From assembly GCA_009914755.4 (NCBI GenBank), contig CP086569.2, positions 30,848,001 to 30,912,000 on the forward strand: a stretch of DNA of 64,000 nucleotides, given 5' to 3'. The notes under the pieces are model-generated. The model saw only the letters and a program-made list of their open reading frames with translations. It did not search any database and was not told the origin of the DNA. Origin of the DNA: the human T2T-CHM13v2.0 reference genome, Homo sapiens. The translations under genes and the position numbers were made by a program. Shown one piece after another: positions 13,546-27,771 of this stretch; within the stretch, counting starts at the first letter, position 1; every line of letters begins with the position of its first letter.

Positions 13546-16500
13546 ACAGAATGGAATCTAATGGAATGGAATTAAATGGAAATGAATCAAATTGAATAGC
13601 ACGGAATTGAATTGAATGAAATGGAATGCAATGGAATCTAATGAAACGGAAAGGAAAGGAATGGAATGGAATGGAATGGGCTGGAATGGAAAGGAATCGA
13701 AACGAATGGAATGGAATCGAACTGAAGAGACTGGAATGGAATGCACTGGAATGGAAGGGAGTGTAATGGAAGGTTCTCGAAAAAAATGGAATCGAATGGA
13801 ATGCAATTGAATGGAACGGAATAGAGTCGAATGGAATTGAATGGAATGGAATGGACTAGAGTGAAATGGAATCGAACCACAAGGAATGGACAGGAATAGA
13901 ATGGTCTCGAATTGAATGGAATCGTATGGAATGGCATCAAACGGAATGGAATGGACAGCCACGGAATGGAATGCACTCGAATGCAATGGAGTCGAAACTA
14001 ATGGACTGGAATAGAATGGACTCGACTGGTACGGACTCCAATGGAATGGAATCGAATGGAAGGGAATCGAACGGAATGGACTCGAAGGGAAAAGACTGCA
14101 ATGGAAAGGTCTCGAATGGAATGGAAATTAATGGAATGGAATGGAATCGAATGAAATGGAGTCAAAAGTAATGGAATCGAATGGCAAGAAATCGAATGTA
14201 ATGGAATCGCAAGGAATTGATGTGAACGGAACGGAATGGAATGGAATCCAAAGGAATGGAATAGAATGGAATGGAATCGAATGGAAAGGACTCGAATGGA
14301 AATCACTCGAATAGAATGCAATTTAATAAAATAGGATCAAATGTAATGGAATGGAATGGAAAGGAATCGAAACGAAAGGAATGGAGACAGATGGAATGGA
14401 ATGGAACAGAGAGCAATGGTATAGAATGGAATGGAATCATCTGGAATGGAATTGAATGGAATGGAATAATATGAAATGGAATGGAATGGAATGGAATGGA
14501 ATGGAATGGAATGCCCTTGAATTAAATGGACTGGAATGGAATGGACTCGAACAGAGTGGAATGGAAAGTGTTGAGATAGAATGGAATGGACTCCTTTGGA
14601 ATGGTCTAGTATGCAATGCAATCGACTGGTAGGGAATCAAAAGGAATGTAATCGAATGGATTGGACTGGAATGCAATGGACTCGAATAGATTGGAAACGG
14701 AATGCAAAGGAATGGAATGGAATAGTATGGAATGGAATGGAAAGGAATGGAGTGGAATAGACTAGAGTGGAATGGAATGGACTGGAAAGCAATGGACTGG
14801 AATGGAACTTTCTTGAATGGACTGGAATCAAACGGAATGGAATGCAATGCAATCAAATGGCATGGAATAAAATAGAATGAAAGAGAATCAAATGGAATTG
14901 AATCGAATGGAATCCAATGGATTGGAAAGGAATAGAATGGAATGGAATGGAATTGACTCAAATGGAATGGACTAGAATGGAATGGATTCGAATGGAAGGC
15001 AAAGGAATGGAATCTATTGGAATGGACTGTAATGGAATGGAATGGAAGGGATTGGAATGGACTCGAATGGAATGGACTGCAATAGAAAGGATTCGAATGG
15101 AATGAAAAAGAATTGAATGGAATAGAACAGAATGGAATCAAATCGAATGAAATGGAATGGAATAGAAAGGAATGGAATGAAATGGAATGGAAAGGATTCG
15201 AATGGAATGCAATCGAATGGAATGGAATCGAACGGAATGGAATAAAATGGAAGAAAACTGGCAAGAAATGGAATCGAAATGAATGGAGTGTTATGGAACG
15301 GACTCAAAAGGAATTGAATGTAATAGAATGGAGTGGAGTGGACTCGAATATAATGGACTGGAATGGAATGAAATCACATGGAATGGGAACGAATGGAATG
15401 GAATGGAAAGGAATGGAATCGAATGGAAAGGAATCGAATGGAAGGGAATGAAATTGAATCAACAGGAATGGAAGGGAATAGAATAGACGGTAATGGAATG
15501 GACTCGAATAGAATGGACACGAATGCTCAATTTGAATGGACTCGAATGGAATGGAAACGAAAGGAATGTCATCGAATGGAATTGAATCGATTGGAATGAA
15601 ATCGCATAGAATGGAGTGGAATCAAATGGAATTGAATCGAAAGGAAAGGAAGCGAATGGACTGAAATGAAATGGAATGGAATTGAATGGAAAGTAATGCA
15701 ATGGAATAGAATGGAACGAAATTTCACGGAATGGAATCAAACTGAATGGAATCAAATCAATGGAATCTAATCAAATGGAATGGAAAGGAATTGAATGGAG
15801 TAGATTGGATTGGATGGGATTGGAATGAAATGTACTGGAAAGGACTCGAATTTCATGAAACGGAATGGAATGAATTGGAACGGAATGGACTCGAATGGAA
15901 TGGAATGTCATGGAATGGCATCAAATGGAATGGCATCAAATGGAATGGAATCGAATGCAATGGAATGTTATGGAATGGAATGGAATGCATTGGAATGGAA
16001 TGTCCTCTAATGGAATGGATTCGAGTGGAATGGAATCGAATATAATGGAGTCGAATGAAATGGAATTGAAAGGAATGGGATCGAATAGAATGGAATATAC
16101 TGGAATGTAATGTAATGAACTCGAATGTAATTGACTGGAATGGAATGTACATGAATGGAAGGTAATCGAATGGAAAGTAATCCAATGGAATAGAATCTAA
16201 TGCAATAAAATCGACTCAGATAGAGTAGAATGTAATGGAATGGAGTGCAGTGCAATGGAATGGAATGGAATTGAATGCAATGGAATGGAATGGAATGGAA
16301 TGGAATGGAATGGAATGGAATGGAATGGAATGGGATGGAATGGTATGGAATGGATAGTAATGGACTGGAGTGAAATGGACAGGAAAGGAATGGACTCAAA
16401 TTGAAAGGGCTCGAAAGGAATGGAGTCAAATGGAATGGTCTGGAATGGAATGAACACGAATGTAATGCAATCCAATAGAATGGAATCGAATGGCATGGAA

Positions 16501-17129
16501 TATAAAGAAATGGATTCGAAGAGAATGGAAACAAATGGAATGGAATTGAATGGAATGGAATTGAATGGAATGGGAACGAATGGAGTGAAATTGTATGCAG
16601 TAGAAGGGAATAGAATGGAATGCAAGCGAAAGGAAAGGAATGGATTGGAATGGAATGGAATTCATTGGAATGGAAGGGAATGTAGTGTAATGGACAGGCC
16701 TGGAATAAAGTGGAATGCTACGGTCTCGAATGGAATAAAAATGTATGGAATGGAATGCAATGAAACGGAATCGAATGTCATAGAATGTAATGGAATGCAA
16801 CAAAATGGAATCCAAAATCATTGACTGGAAAGGCTGGGTGTCGAAAGGAATTGACTCCAATGGAATGGAATCGAATGGAATGGAAGTGAATAGAATCGAA
16901 CTAAATCGAATGGAATGGAATTGATAGGAACGGAATGGAAAGGAATGCAATGATTTGGCATGGAATGGAATCGAATGGCATCGAATGGAATGGAATGGAA
17001 TGCAATGGAATGGAATGTATTAGAATGTAATGAACTTTAATGGAACGTACTCGAATGGATTCGACTGGAATGGAATGTTCTGGAAGTGAATGGACTCCAA
17101 TGGAATGGATTCAAAAGGAATGGAATTGT
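13546..17129 (+). repeat. HSat3 HOR unit 6 (3584 bp), copy of unit 3 with one extra GGAAT in a pure run
   Basis: Anchor at 13546. The GGAAT run near 14480 is one pentamer longer than its counterpart near 5930. Confidence 0.85.
16279..16333 (+). repeat. Perfect (AATGG)11 microsatellite-like tract inside the HOR, a variable-length hotspot
   Basis: 55 bp of uninterrupted AATGG. The homologous tract is 8 copies at 2733-2772 and 10 copies at 34039-34088 and 53340-53389. Confidence 0.9.
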
Positions 17130-20100
17130 ACGGAATGGAATCTAATGGAATGGAATTAAATGGAAATGAATCAAATTGAATAGCACGGAATTGAATTGAA
17201 TGGAATGGAATGCAATGGAATCTAATGAAACGGAAAGGAAAGGAATGGAATGGAATGGAATGGGCTGGAATGGAAAGGAATCGAAACGAATGGAATGGAA
17301 TCGAACTGAAGAGACTGGAATGGAATGCACTGGAATGGAAGGGAGTGTAATGGAAGGTTCTCGAAAAAAATGGAATCGAATGGAATGGAATTGAATGGAA
17401 CGGAATAGAGTCGAATGGAATTGAATGGAATGGAATGGACTAGAGTGAAATGGAATCGAACCACAAGGAATGGACAGGAATAGAATGGTCTCGAATTGAA
17501 TGGAATCGTATGGAATGGCATCAAACGGAATGGAATGGACAGCCACGGAATGGAATGCACTCGAATGCAATGGAGTCGAAACTAATGGACTGGAATAGAA
17601 TGGACTCGACTGGTACGGACTCCAATGGAATGGAATCGAATGGAAGGGAATCGAACGGAATGGACTCGAAGGGAAAAGACTGCAATGGAAAGGTCTCGAA
17701 TGGAATGGAAATTAATGGAATGGAATGGAATCGAATGAAATGGAGTCAAAAGGAATGGAATCGAATGGCAAGAAATCGAATGTAATGGAATCGCAAGGAA
17801 TTGATGTGAACGGAACGGAATGGAATGGAATCCAAAGGAATGGAATAGAATGGAATGGAATCGAATGGAAAGGACTCGAATGGAAATCACTCGAATAGAA
17901 TGCAATTTAATAAAATAGGATCAAATGTAATGGATTGGAATGGAAAGGAATCGAAACGAAAGGAATGGAGACAGATGGAATGGAATAGAACAGCGAGCAA
18001 TGGTATAGAATGGAATGGAATCATCTGGAATGGAATTGAATGGAATGGAATAATATGAAATGGAATGGAATGGAATGGAATGGAATGCCCTTGAATTAAA
18101 TGGACTGGAATGGAATGGACTCGAACAGAGTGGAATGGAAAGTGTTGAGATAGAATGGAATGGACTCCTTTGGAATGGTGTAGTATGCAATGCAATCGAC
18201 TGGCAGGGAATCAAATGGAATGTAATCGAATGGATTGGACTGGAATGCAATGGACTCGAATAGATTGCAAACGGAATGCAAAGGAATGGAATGGAATAGT
18301 ATGGAATGGAATGGAAAGGAATGGAGTGGAATAGACTAGAGTGGAATGGAATGGACTGGAAAGCAATGGACTGGAATGGAACTTTCTTGAATGGACTGGA
18401 ATCAAACGGAATGGAATGCAATGCAATCAAATGGCATGGAATAAAATAGAATGAAAGAGAATCAAATGGAATTGAATCGAATGGAATCGAATGGATTGGA
18501 AAGGAATAGAATGGAATGGAATGGAATGGACTCAAATGGAATGGACTAGAATGGAATGGATTCGAATGGAAGGCAAAGGAATGGAATCTATTGGAATGGA
18601 CTGTAATGGAATGGAATGGAAGGGATTGGAATGGACTCGAATGGAATGGACTGCAATAGAAAGGATTCGAATGGAATGAAAAAGAATTGAATGGAATAGA
18701 ACAGAATGGAATCAAATCGAATGAAATGGAATGGAATAGAAAGGAATGGAATGAAATGGAATGGAAAGGATTCGAATGGAATGCAATCGAATGGAATGGA
18801 ATCGAACGGAATGGAATAAAATGGAAGAAAACTGGCAAGAAATGGAATCGAAATGAATGGAGTGTTATGGAACGGACTCAAAAGGAATTGAATGTAATAG
18901 AATGGAGTGGAGTGGACTCGAATATAATGGACTGGAATGGAATGAAATCACATGGAATGGGAACGAATGGAATGGAATGGAAAGGAATGGAATCGAATGG
19001 AAAGGAATCGAATGGAAGGGAATGAAATTGAATCAACAGGAATGGAAGGGAATAGAATAGACGGTAATGGAATGGACTCGAATAGAATGGACACGAATGC
19101 TCAAATTGAATGGACTCGAATGGAATGGAAACGAAAGGAATGTCATCGAATGGAATTGAATCGATTGGAATGAAATCGCATAGAATGGAGTGGAATCAAA
19201 TGGAATTGAATCGAAAGGAAAGGAAGCGAATGGACTGAAATGAAATGGAATGGAATTGAATGGAAAGTAATGCAATGGAATAGAATGGAACGAAATTTCA
19301 CGGAATGGAATCAAACTGAATGGAATCAAATCAATGGAATCAAATCAAATGGAATGGAAAGGAATTGAATGGAGTAGATTGGATTGGATGGGATTGGAAT
19401 GAAATGTACTGGAAAGGACTCGAATTTCATGAAACGGAATGGAATGAATTGGAACGGAATGGACTCGAATGGAATGGAATGTCATGGAATGGCATCAAAT
19501 GGAATGGCATCAAATGGAATGGAATCGAATGGAATGGAATGCATTGGAATGGAATGTCCTCTAATGGAATGGATTCCAGTGGAATGGAATCGAATATAAT
19601 GGAGTCGAATGAAATGGAATTGAAAGGAATGGGATCGAATACAATGGAATATACTGGAATGTAATGTAATGAACTCGAATGTAATTGACTGGAATGGAAT
19701 GTACGTGAATGGAATGTAATCGAATGGAAAGTAATCCAATGGAATAGAATCTAATGCAATAAAATCGACTCAGATAGAGTAGAATGTAATGGAATGGAGT
19801 GCAGTGCAATGGAATGGAATGGAATGGAATGCAATTGAATGGAATGGAATGGAATGGAATGGAATGGAATGGGATGGAATGGTATGGAATAGATAGTAAT
19901 GGACTGGAGTTAAATGGACTGGAAAGGAATGGACTCAAATTGAAAGGGCTCGAAAGGAATGGAGTCAAATGGAATGGTCTGGAATGGAATGAACACGAAT
20001 GTAATGCAATCCAATAGAATGGAATCGAATGGCATGGAATATAAAGAAATGGAATCAGAGAGAATGGAAACAAATGGAATGGAATTGAATGGAATGGAAT

Positions 20101-20668
20101 TGAATGGAATGGGAACGAATGGAGTGAAATTGTATGCAGTATAAGGGAATAGAATGGAATGCAAGCGAAAGGAAAGGAATGGATTGGAATGGAATGGAAT
20201 TCATTGGAATGGAAGGGAATGTAGTGTAATGGACAGGCCTGGAATAAAGTGGAATGCTACGGTCTCGAATGGAATAAAAATGTATGGAATGGAATGCAAT
20301 GAAATGGAATCGAATGTCATAGAATGTAATGGAATGCAACAAAATGGAATCCAATATCATTGACTGGAAAGGCTGGGTGTCGAAAGGAATTGACTCCAAT
20401 GGAATGGAATCGAATGGAATGGAAGTGAATAGAATCGAACTAAATCGAATGGAATGGAATTGATAGGAACGGAATGGAAAGGAATGCAATGATTTGGCAT
20501 GGAATGGAATCGAATGGCATCGAATGGAATGGAATGGAATGCAATGGAATGGAATGTATTAGAATGTAATGAACTTTAATGGAATGTACTCGAATGGATT
20601 CGACTGGAATGGAATGTTCTGGAAGTGAATGGACTCCAATGGAATGGATTCAAAAGGAATGGAATCGT
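17130..20668 (+). repeat. HSat3 HOR unit 7 (3539 bp)
   Basis: Anchor at 17130. A roughly 25 bp deletion near 19500-19540 relative to unit 1 (2370-2450). Confidence 0.8.
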
Positions 20669-23600
20669 ACGGAATGGAATCTAATGGAATGGAATTAAAT
20701 GGAAATGAATCAAATTGAATAGCACGGAATTGAATTGAATGGAATGGAATGCAATGGAATCTAATGAAACGGAAAGGAAAGGAATGGAATGGAATGGAAT
20801 GGGCTGGAATGGAAAGGAATCGAAACGAATGGAATGGAATCGAACTGAAGAGACTGGAATGGAATGCACTGGAATGGAAGGGAGTGTAATGGAAGGTTCT
20901 CGAAAAAAATGGAATCGAATGGAATGGAATTGAATGGAACGGAATAGAGTCGAATGGAATTGAATGGAATGGAATGGACTAGAGTGAAATGGAATCGAAC
21001 CACAAGGAATGGAGAGGAATAGAATGGTCTCGAATTGAATGGAATCGTATGGAATGGCATCAAACGGAATGGAATGGACAGCCACGGAATGGAATGCACT
21101 CGAATGCAATGGAGTCGAAACTAATGGACTGGAATAGAATGGACTCGACTGGTACGGACTCCAATGGAATGGAATCGAATGGAAGGGAATCGAACGGAAT
21201 GGACTCGAAGGGAAAAGACTGCAATGGAAAGGTCTCGAATGGAATGGAAATTAATGGAATGGAATGGAATCGAATGAAATGGAGTCAAAAGGAATGGAAT
21301 CGAATGGCAAGAAATCGAATGTAATGGAATCGCAAGGAATTGATGTGAACGGAACGGAATGGAATGGAATCCAAAGGAATGGAATAGAATGGAATGGAAT
21401 CGAATGGAAAGGACTCGAATGGAAATCACTCGAATAGAATGCAATTTAATAAAATAGGATCAAATGTAATGGAATGGAATGGAAAGGAATCGAAACGAAA
21501 GGAATGGAGACAGATGGAATGGAATGGAACAGAGAGCAATGGTATAGAATGGAATGGAATCATCTGGAATGGAATTGAATGGAATGGAATAATATGAAAT
21601 GGAATGGAATGGAATGGAATGGAATGCCCTTGAATTAAATGGACTGGAATGGAATGGACTCGAACAGAGTGGAATGGAAAGTGTTGAGATAGAATGGAAT
21701 GGACTCCTTTGGAATGGTCTAGTATGCAATGCAATCGACTGGCAGGGAATCAAAAGGAATGTAATCGAATGGATTGGACTGGAATGCAATGGACTCGAAT
21801 AGATTGGAAACGGAATGCAAAGGAATGGAATGGAATAGTATGGAATGGAATGGAAAGGAATGGAGTGGAATAGACTAGAGTGGAATGGAATGGACTGGAA
21901 AGCAATGGACTGGAATGGATCTTTCTTGAATGGACTGGAATCAAACGGAATGGAATGCAATGCAATCAAATGGCATGGAATAAAATAGAATGAAAGAGAA
22001 TCAAATGGAATTGAATCGAATGGAATCGAATGTATTGGAAAGGAATAGAATGGAATGGAATGGAATTGACTCAAATGGAATGGACTAGAATGGAATGGAT
22101 TCGAATGGAAGGCAAAGGAATGGAATCTATTGGAATGGACTGTAATGGAATGGAATGGAAGGGATTGGAATGGACTCGAATGGAATGGACTGCAATAGAA
22201 AGGATTCGAATGGAATGAAAAAGAATTGAATGGAATAGAACAGAATGGAATCAAATCGAATGAAATGGAATGGAATAGAAAGGAATGGAATGAAATGGAA
22301 TGGAAAGGATTCGAATGGAATGCAATCGAATGGAATGGAATCGAACGGAATGGAATAAAATGGAAGAAAACTGGCAAGAAATGGAATCGAAATGAATGGA
22401 GTGTTATGGAACGGACTCAAAAGGAATTGAATGTAATAGAATGGAGTGGAGTGGACTCGAATATAATGGACTGGAATGGAATGAAATCACATGGAATGGG
22501 AACGAATGGAATGGAATGGAAAGGAATGGAATCGAATGGAAAGGAATCGAATGGAAGGGAATGAAATTGAATCAACAGGAATGGAAGGGAATAGAATAGA
22601 CGGTAATGGAATGGACTCGAATAGAATGGACACGAATGCTCAAATTGAATGGACTCGAATGGAATGGAAACGAAAGGAATGTCATCGAATGGAATTGAAT
22701 CGATTGGAATGAAATCGCATAGAATGGAGTGGAATCAAATGGAATTGAATCGAAAGGAAAGGAAGCGAATGGACTGAAATGAAATGGAATGGAATTGAAT
22801 GGAAAGTAATGCAATGGAATAGAATGGAACGAAATTTCACGGAATGGAATCAAACTGAATGGAATCAAATCAATGGAATCAAATCAAATGGAATGGAAAG
22901 GAATTGAATGGAGTAGATGGGATTGGATGGGATTGGAATGAAATGTACTGGAAAGGACTCGAATTTCATGAAACGGAATGGAATGAATTGGAACGGAATG
23001 GACTCGAATGGAATGGAATGTCATGGAATGGCATCGAATGGAATGGCATTAAATGGAATGGAATCGACTGCAATGGAATGTTATGGAATGGAATGGAATG
23101 CATTGGAATGGAATGTCCTCTAATGGAATGGATTCGAGTGGAATGGAATCGAATATAATGGAGTCGAATGAAATGGAATTGAAAGGAATGGGATCGAATA
23201 GAATGGAATATACTGGAATGTAATGTAATGAACACGAATGTAATTGACTGGAATGGAATGTACATGAATGGAAGGTAATCGAATGGAAAGTAATCCAATG
23301 GAATAGAATCTAATGCAATAAAACCGACTCAGATAGAGTAGAATGTAATGGAATGGAGTGCAGTGCAATGGAATGGAATGGAATTGAATGCAATGGAATG
23401 GAATGGAATGGAATGGAATGGGATGGAATGGGATGGAATGGTATGGAATGGATAGAAATGGACTGGAGTGAAATGGACTGGAAAGGAATGCACTCAAATT
23501 GAAAGGGCTCGAAAGGAATGGAGTCAAATGGAATGGTCTGGAATGGAATGAACACGAATGTAATGCAATCCAATAGAATGGAATCGAATGGCATGGAATA

Positions 23601-24227
23601 TAAAGAAATGGATTCGAAGAGAATGGAAACAAATGGAATGGAATTGAATGGAATGGAATTGAATGGAATGGGAACGAATGGAGTGAAATTGTATGCAGTA
23701 GAAGGGAATAGAATGGAATGCAAGCGAAAGGAAAGGAATGGATTGGAATGGAATGGAATTCATTGGAATGGAAGGGAATGTAGTGTAATGGACAGGCCTG
23801 GAATAAAGTGGAATGCTACGGTCTCGAATGGAATAAAAATGTATGGAATGGAATGCAATGAAACGGAATCGAATGTCATAGAATGTAATGGAATGCAAAA
23901 AAATGGAATCCAAACTCATTGACTGGAAAGGCTGGGTGTCGAAAGGAATTGACTCCAATGGAATGGAATCGAATGGAATGGAAGTGAATAGAATCGAACT
24001 AAATCGAATGGAATGGAATTGATAGGAACGGAATGGAAAGGAATGCAATGATTTGGCATGGAATGGAATCGAATGGCATCGAATGGAATGGAATGGAATG
24101 CAATGGAATGGAATGTATTAGAATGTAATGAACTTTAATGGAACGTACTCGAATGGATTCGACTGGAATGGAATGTTCTGGAAGTGAATGGACTCCAATG
24201 GAATGGATTCAAAAGGAATGGAATTGT
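20669..24227 (+). repeat. HSat3 HOR unit 8 (3559 bp)
   Basis: Anchor at 20669. Confidence 0.8.
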
Positions 24228-27200
24228 ACGGAATGGAATCTAATGGAATGGAATTAAATTTAAATGAATCAAATTGAATAGCACGGAATTGAATTGAATG
24301 GAATGGAATGCAATGGAATCTAATGAAACGGAAAGGAAAGGAATGGAATGGAATGGAATGGGCTGGAATGGAAAGGAATCGAAACGAATGGAATGGAATC
24401 GAACTGAAGAGACTGGAATGGAATGCACTGGAATGGAAGGGAGTGTAATGGAAGGTTCTCGAAAAAAATGGAATCGAATGGAATGGAATTGAATGGAACG
24501 GAATAGAGTCGAATGGAATTGAATGGAATGGAATGGACTAGAGTGAAATGGAATCGAACCACAAGGAATGGACAGGAATAGAATGGTCTCGAATTGAATG
24601 GAATCGTATGGAATGGCATCAAACGGAATGGAATGGACAGCCACGGAATGGAATGCACTCGAATGCAATGGAGTCGAAACTAATGGACTGGAATAGAATG
24701 GACTCGACTGGTACGGACTCCAATGGAATGGAATCGAATGGAAGGGAATCGAACGGAATGGACTCGAAGGGAAAAGACTGCAATGGAAAGGTCTCGAATG
24801 GAATGGAAATTAATGGAATGGAATGGAATCGAATGAAATGGAGTCAAAAGGAATGGAATCGAATGGCAAGAAATCGAATGTAATGGAATCGCAAGGAATT
24901 GATGTGAACGGAACGGAATGGAATGGAATCCAAAGGAATGGAATAGAATGGAATGGAATCGAATGGAAAGGACTCGAATGGAAATCACTCGAATAGAATG
25001 CAATTTAATAAAATAGGATCAAATGTAATAGATTGGAATGGAAAGGAATCGAAACGAAAGGAATGGAGACAGATGGAATGGAATAGAACAGCGAGCAATG
25101 GTATAGAATGGAATGGAATCATCTGGAATGGAATTGAATGGAATGGAATAATATGAAATGGAATGGAATGGAATGGAATGGAATGCCCTTGAATTAAATG
25201 GACTGGAATGGAATGGACTCGAACAGAGTGGAATGGAAAGTGTTGAGATAGAATGGAATGGACTCCTTTGGAATGGTGTAGTATGCAATGCAATCGACTG
25301 GCAGGGAATCAAATGGAATGTAATCGAATGGATTGGACTGGAATGCAATGGACTCGAATAGATTGCAAACGGAATGCAAAGGAATGGAATGGAATAGTAT
25401 GGAATGGAATGGAAAGGAATGGAGTGGAATAGACTAGAGTGGAATGGAATGGACTGGAAAGCAATGGACTGGAATGGAACTTTCTTGAATGGACTGGAAT
25501 CAAACGGAATGGAATGCAATGCAATCAAATGGCATGGAATAAAATAGAATGAAAGAGAATCAAATGGAATTGAATCGAATGGAATCGAATGGATTGGAAA
25601 GGAATAGAATGGAATGGAATGGAATGGACTCAAATGGAATGGACTAGAATGGAATGGATTCGAATGGAAGGCAAAGGAATGGAATCTATTGGAATGGACT
25701 GTAATGGAATGGAATGGAAGTGATTGGAATGGACTCGAATGGAATGGACTGCAATAGAAAGGATTCGAATGGAATGAAAAAGAATTGAATGGAATAGAAC
25801 AGAATGGAATCAAATCGAATGAAATGGAATGGAATAGAAAGGAATGGAATGAAATGGAATGGAAAGGATTCGAATGGAATGCAATCGAATGGAATGGAAT
25901 CGAACGGAATGGAATAAAATGGAAGAAAACTGGCAAGAAATGGAATCGAAATGAATGGAGTGTTATGGAACGGACTCAAAAGGAATTGAATGTAATAGAA
26001 TGGAGTGGAGTGGACTCGAATATAATGGACTGGAATGGAATGAAATCACATGGAATGGGAACGAATGGAATGGAATGGAAAGGAATGGAATCGAATGGAA
26101 AGGAATCGAATGGAAGGGAATGAAATTGAATCAACAGGAATGGAAGGGAATAGAATAGACGGTAATGGAATGGACTCGAATAGAATGGACACGAATGCTC
26201 AAATTGAATGGACTCGAATGGAATGGAAACGAAAGGAATGTCATCGAATGGAATTGAATCGATTGGAATGAAATCGCATAGAATGGAGTGGAATCAAATG
26301 GAATTGAATCGAAAGGAAAGGAAGCGAATGGACTGAAATGAAATGGAATGGAATTGAATGGAAAGTAATGCAATGGAATAGAATGGAACGAAATTTCACG
26401 GAATGGAATCAAACTGAATGGAATCAAATCAATGGAATCAAATCAAATGGAATGGAAAGGAATTGAATGGAGTAGATGGGATTGGATGGGATTGGAATGA
26501 AATGTACTGGAAAGGACTCGAATTTCATGAAACGGAATGGAATGAATTGGAACGGAATGGACTCGAATGGAATGGAATGTCATGGAATGGCATCAAATGG
26601 AATGGCATCAAATGGAATGGAATCGAATGCAATGGAATGCTATGGAATGGAATGGAATGCATTGGAATGGAATGTCCTCTAATGGAATGGATTCGAGTGG
26701 AATGGAATCGAATATAATGGAGTCGAATGAAATGGAATTGAAAGGAATGGGATCGAATACAATGGAATATACTGGAATGTAATGTAATGAACGCGAATGT
26801 AATTGACTGGAATGGAATGTACATGAATGGAATGTAATCGAATGGAAAGTAATCCAATGGAATAGAATCTAATGCAATAAAATCGACTCAGATAGAGTAG
26901 AATGTAATGGAATGGAGTGCAGTGCAATGGAATGGAATGGAATGGAATGCAATGGAATGGAATGGGATGGAATGGAATGGAATTGAATGGGATGGAATGG
27001 TATGGAATGGACAGTAATGGACTGGAGTGAAATGGACTGGAAAGGAATGGACTCAAATTGAAAGGGCTCGAAAGGAATGGAGACAAATGGAATGGTCTGG
27101 AATGGAATGAACACGAATGTAATGCAACCCAATAGAATGGAGTCGAATGGCACGGAATATAAAGAAATGGAATCGAAGAGAATGGAAACAAATGGAATGG

Positions 27201-27771
27201 AATTGAATGGAATGGGAACGAATGGAGTGAAATTGTATGCAGTAGAAGAGAATAGAATGGAATGCAAGCGAAAGGAAAGGAATGGATTGGAATGGAATGG
27301 AATTCATTGGAATGGAAGGGAATGTAGTGTAATCGACAGGCCTGGAATAAAGTGGAATGCTACGGTCTCGAATGGAATAAAAATGTATGGAATGGAATGC
27401 AATGAAACGGAATCGAATGTCATAGAATGTAATGGAATGCAAAAAAATGGAATCCAAAATCATTGACTGGAAAGGCTGGGTGTCGAAAGGAATTGACTCC
27501 AATGGAATGGAATCGAATGGAATGGAAGTGAATAGAATCGAACTAAATCGAATGGAATGGAATTGATAGGAACGGAATGGAAAGGAATGCAATGATTTGG
27601 CATGGAATGGAATCGAATGGCATCGAATGGAATGGAATGGAATGCAATGGAATGGAATGTATTAGAATGTAATGAACTTTAATGGAATGTACTCGAATGG
27701 ATTCGACTGGAATGGAATGTTCTGGAAGTGAATGGACTCCAATGGAATGGATTCAAAAGGAATGGAATCGT
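24228..27771 (+). repeat. HSat3 HOR unit 9 (3544 bp), resembles unit 7
   Basis: Anchor at 24228. Shares variant strings with unit 7 (ORF-track IARCSIPF, NRTASNG). Confidence 0.8.
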
